A stretch of DNA of 63,208 nucleotides, counting the filler. It is 13 parts of 13 records of this genome, joined end to end, with 100 filler letters (N's around TTAATTAATTAA, not from the genome) between each part and the next. Parts side by side here need not be neighbours in the genome. Positions count along the whole stretch, not along the records: positions 57,727 to 63,208 come from SRR16133337_86110; 12 more parts are not named here. One strand, 5' to 3'. The notes under the pieces are model-generated. The model saw only the letters and a list, made by a program, of their open reading frames with translations, was not told the origin of the DNA and did not search any database. A program made the position numbers and the translations under genes. Below, piece by piece: positions 60,901 to 63,208 of the stretch (within the stretch, counting starts at the first letter, position 1; every line of letters starts with the position of its first letter).

Positions 60901-63208
60901 CACCAGTACCTTTCCCGGTGGAGCCAAAACCACCACCTATGAATACAGCCATGATGCCATAAGTACCAATCAAAACTACCATATAGGAAGGCCTCTAAAA
61001 AAGACGGTAAACAACGTATTAGGTGCAGAAACCTTTGGTACCGAAATCCAATTTACCTATACGGACAATCTGGTCAGTCAATCCCGAAAAAAAGGAAACG
61101 AAACCGATTGGATTACCGAAGATTTTCACTATGATGACTTTGGAAACCTCGTGCAAAAAACACTGAGTGCCCCTGGCATTACTTCCCGAACAGAACAATT
61201 TGAATACAGTAGGTGGAGCGGACGCTTTTTGACAGAGTCGATCGATATAGAAGGGCTAGAGACCCTCTATACCTATGATGACAACGGAGATCTACTAACC
61301 ATTACCAATGCTTATGGATTGACCACTACCTTTACCTACGACGGTTGGGGACGTGTGCTTACAGAAACCAATTATTTAGGAAAAACCACCACCTATACCT
61401 ATAGTACCACCACAGTAGAAGGCAATTGGGTTCTTTTAAAAACAACCGATTTTCCTGATGGAGGACAAGAAAAAGCTTATTATAACGCCTTTGGTTGGCT
61501 GGTAAAAACAGGGAGCTTAAGTCTAAACAATCAATTGGTATACAAAAGTTTTGAATACGATGCCATGGGACGTAAGATCCGAGAAAGTGAACCCTATTTT
61601 ACTACAGCAAGTCAGTGGAATCAGTTTTCTTTTGATGATTATGGCAGGCCTATTACCCAAGAGCTCTATACCGGAAGCGTCCTTCATACCACCTTTGACG
61701 GTTTGTCCGTTACCGTAGACGATGCAGTCAAAACCGTAACCACCACCAAAGATGCAGTAGGCAATATTATACAAGTGCAAGACCCGGGAGGGACAATTAA
61801 CTATACTTATTATGCCAATGGCAGTCTAAAAACTGCCAATTATGGAACGCATACCGTAAGTACCACCATTGACGGTTGGGGAAGAAAAATAGGACTCAGC
61901 GATGCTTCGGTAGGAGATTATAGCTACCGATACAATATTCTAGGAGAAATTTTAGAAGAAACTACCCCCAAAGGCAGTACGATCTATGAATACGATGCCT
62001 TTGGAAAACTGATCGAAAAAGAGATCAATGGTGACCAAACTGATATGTATATAAGGTATCGATACGACAATGCTTCCAAATTGTTGACCTCTATCGAAGG
62101 AGAAAGTGGAAGTAATGATTATGATTATACCTATGCCTATGATGCTTATAAACGTCTGATTCGTATAGAAGAAGAGACGGAATTTACAGATTACGAAAAA
62201 CAAATGAGTTACGATGCCTTTGGAAGAATCGATCAGGAGTTCTATAGTACGGATACGGATCATGATTATTTTTCGGAAGTCAGCAGTACTGTAAACATTC
62301 AAAATGTCTTTGACAGTGCGGGAATCCTAACTGAGATCAGGGAGGTAGGCACCAATGCTCTGTTATGGAAGGTAAACACTGAAAACGCAAGAGGACAAGC
62401 TTTAAATATTACTTTAGGAAATGGAATTACCAAAGCCAAAACCTATGACAATTACGGTTTTTTAGCCCATATTTCCGATATAAAAAATGAGGTGCAAGCC
62501 CTTAAAATGGACTATACGTTTGATGCACAACGGGGGACTTTGACTTCTCGTAAAAATTATGCTTTTAATTGGACAGAAAATTTTGGCTATGATGCTCAAG
62601 AACGTTTGACCAGCATTAGTGGTGCTGTAAACCAAACACAGCGTTATGATGCCAAAGGGCGAATCGAAGAAAATTCTTTTATAGGGACTTACAACTACCA
62701 CAGTAGTAAGACGTACCAACTCTCGGAAATAGACCTGAATACTCAAGGCGATTTGTATTCCCAAAACTACGCTCCACAGCAAATTAGCTACAACGCTTTT
62801 AAAAAGCCCGTGAGTATTTACGAAGAAGGACAAGGTAGGGTCGATTTTAAATACGGTCCTTTTCTTAACAGAACCGATGCCTATTATGGAGGTTTAGAAA
62901 CAGATAAAACACAGCGGCGTTATCATAAAGAATATTCGAGTATCCTACCTATAGAAATCCTAGAAGATAGGACAGAAGGCACTACTAAAATCATTACCTA
63001 TATAGGAGGTGATGCCTATACCGCCCCTATTGCTTATATCAAAAAAACAGGAAGTAATGCCTTAGAGGAATACCATTATTTGCATAGAGATTATCTAGGC
63101 AGTATTTTAGCCATTACCGATGCTTCTGGAACGCTCAAAGAACAACGGCAGTTTGGTGCTTGGGGACAGGTAGATCGGTTTTTAGATTCCGAGGGAAATA
63201 CGACCTTT
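57926..63208 (+). CDS. RHS/YD-repeat polymorphic toxin-like protein with signal peptide, SpvB/TcdB-like N-terminus and FG-GAP repeats; >1,760 aa, runs off the window (not in ORF track)
   Basis: MKHQKYPLYLILFLGNFLSFA|Q, SVSLSGAATYTIP and NGLAGWGWNVSGLSTISR. Five (G/A/Q)(D/E)(F/Y)NGDGxxD repeats, GLGFLGF and YD repeats. RHS-core entry YLHRDYLGSI...RQFGAWG, all in one frame. Confidence 0.9.
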   Translation, partial: MKHQKYPLYLILFLGNFLSFAQTTEDLLIDPSNTRTISFQKKEIKKKEVATTPVVEPQEPRLPSPKALGKSLAIAPSAGTTAGEFSVSLSGAATYTIPFSVPSGVRGMTPDIGLSFNSQASNGLAGWGWNVSGLSTISRVPATEFHDGLIDPVDFDEHDRYALDGQRLLLKTGTYGANGSEYQTENYSNVKIIAYGTSSFGASYGPSYFIVYYPDGNRAWYGHSGNSHGRLEWALSKKEDPQGNSLQYTYTQSEGLLRIESLEYVVEDHPENQIKFGYKTRSRPEISYIGGLAFKRKNLLDRVEILIDEGYQSYRSYHLSYDQTDSEYERLTSVRESDGKGASLPAIEFTYADTETGIEKFLDEGNLLFSEINSSTDRVLAGEFNGDGKMDFITYDKNDRNKLAIFTDLFDYSNVAFGYEVSTDKFEAVFGSTILSWNGKMLSQQGITTVTETVEEGEYHNNGNYYRIGSFEVTFSTFAIAAHGPVFQYEKTWTGVPANLETYCISVYGESISDYRTKKIPMEYVSGDFNGDGLTDVLALQKSYTKESCSSHYNVGWRGCLCTGSYTVDSRGAHFIDLDRNLTSNFVYSSGLLKQSIQNGDRILAADFNGDGKTDLFHFTTGKFFVYELDSNNYLQLIHSQTDSYIKTQSPILLGDYNGDGKTDFTIPTANNSETWKFFLSTGTNLYVYSKDIDILYTERYNEGSSDYEFHFIAQDYNGDGKTDILRHQVTTSSRPSDEKIKLFLNKQSSNDSTPSFRLMTTWQETNTGVKKYGIPVFLEHQSFNSSLEYFYIDEDYVYGYSFLSDHQKEVTLESITNNELVTEISYKKLDDEEDYEGTYTSDFDELYPYINLNIAPQLKLVKEATRSGSGHTQTQQFRYGGAVTHAEGLGFLGFKTFQKSNWFGDGVGRLWNSSQHDPQKRGAVTQQWVSSSSSTTPYNYLHKTDYTYTTSTAANGVYTNLPTSLSKEDALQGITTTQTLSYDSYYNPLSITSTFPGGAKTTTYEYSHDAISTNQNYHIGRPLKKTVNNVLGAETFGTEIQFTYTDNLVSQSRKKGNETDWITEDFHYDDFGNLVQKTLSAPGITSRTEQFEYSRWSGRFLTESIDIEGLETLYTYDDNGDLLTITNAYGLTTTFTYDGWGRVLTETNYLGKTTTYTYSTTTVEGNWVLLKTTDFPDGGQEKAYYNAFGWLVKTGSLSLNNQLVYKSFEYDAMGRKIRESEPYFTTASQWNQFSFDDYGRPITQELYTGSVLHTTFDGLSVTVDDAVKTVTTTKDAVGNIIQVQDPGGTINYTYYANGSLKTANYGTHTVSTTIDGWGRKIGLSDASVGDYSYRYNILGEILEETTPKGSTIYEYDAFGKLIEKEINGDQTDMYIRYRYDNASKLLTSIEGESGSNDYDYTYAYDAYKRLIRIEEETEFTDYEKQMSYDAFGRIDQEFYSTDTDHDYFSEVSSTVNIQNVFDSAGILTEIREVGTNALLWKVNTENARGQALNITLGNGITKAKTYDNYGFLAHISDIKNEVQALKMDYTFDAQRGTLTSRKNYAFNWTENFGYDAQERLTSISGAVNQTQRYDAKGRIEENSFIGTYNYHSSKTYQLSEIDLNTQGDLYSQNYAPQQISYNAFKKPVSIYEEGQGRVDFKYGPFLNRTDAYYGGLETDKTQRRYHKEYSSILPIEILEDRTEGTTKIITYIGGDAYTAPIAYIKKTGSNALEEYHYLHRDYLGSILAITDASGTLKEQRQFGAWGQVDRFLDSEGNTTF

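Noticed and set aside
47994-62833. Many short ORFs antisense to, or out of frame within, the giant T9SS and RHS genes
   Set aside because: Shadow ORFs of long GC-richer coding sequence with no recognisable motifs.

Overview
This window is not one locus. It is 13 contigs joined by identical 100-bp linkers (44 N + TTAATTAATTAA + 44 N) and comes from several genomes. (1) AT-rich, intron-containing eukaryotic DNA: spliced fragments of a USP deubiquitinase (+UBA-like), a vWA protein, SAR1, a PB1 protein, a RanBP2-type zinc-finger protein and a YdcZ-like DMT transporter. (2) An invertebrate mitochondrial fragment in code 5: cox3 3' end, nad4 and a probable trnT. (3) An L1/Tx1-like non-LTR retrotransposon. 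(4) Flavobacteriaceae-like contigs: a GH130 + GT4-fusion pair, rplM-rpsI-rpsB, an Omp85-family gene, the str-S10-spc ribosomal cluster, a cold-shock protein and an IS5 relic. The highlights are three. The spc operon is interrupted twice: a frameshifted outer-membrane beta-barrel gene lies between rplN and rplX, and an MFS gene stands where rpsH is expected. A ~3,500-aa T9SS cargo gene, broken by three single-base frameshifts, is translationally coupled to a tail-fibre/S74-chaperone-like gene. A signal-peptide-bearing SpvB/FG-GAP/RHS toxin gene, absent from the ORF track, lies behind a T9SS-CTD gene. All calls come from reading motifs by eye; no searches were run.
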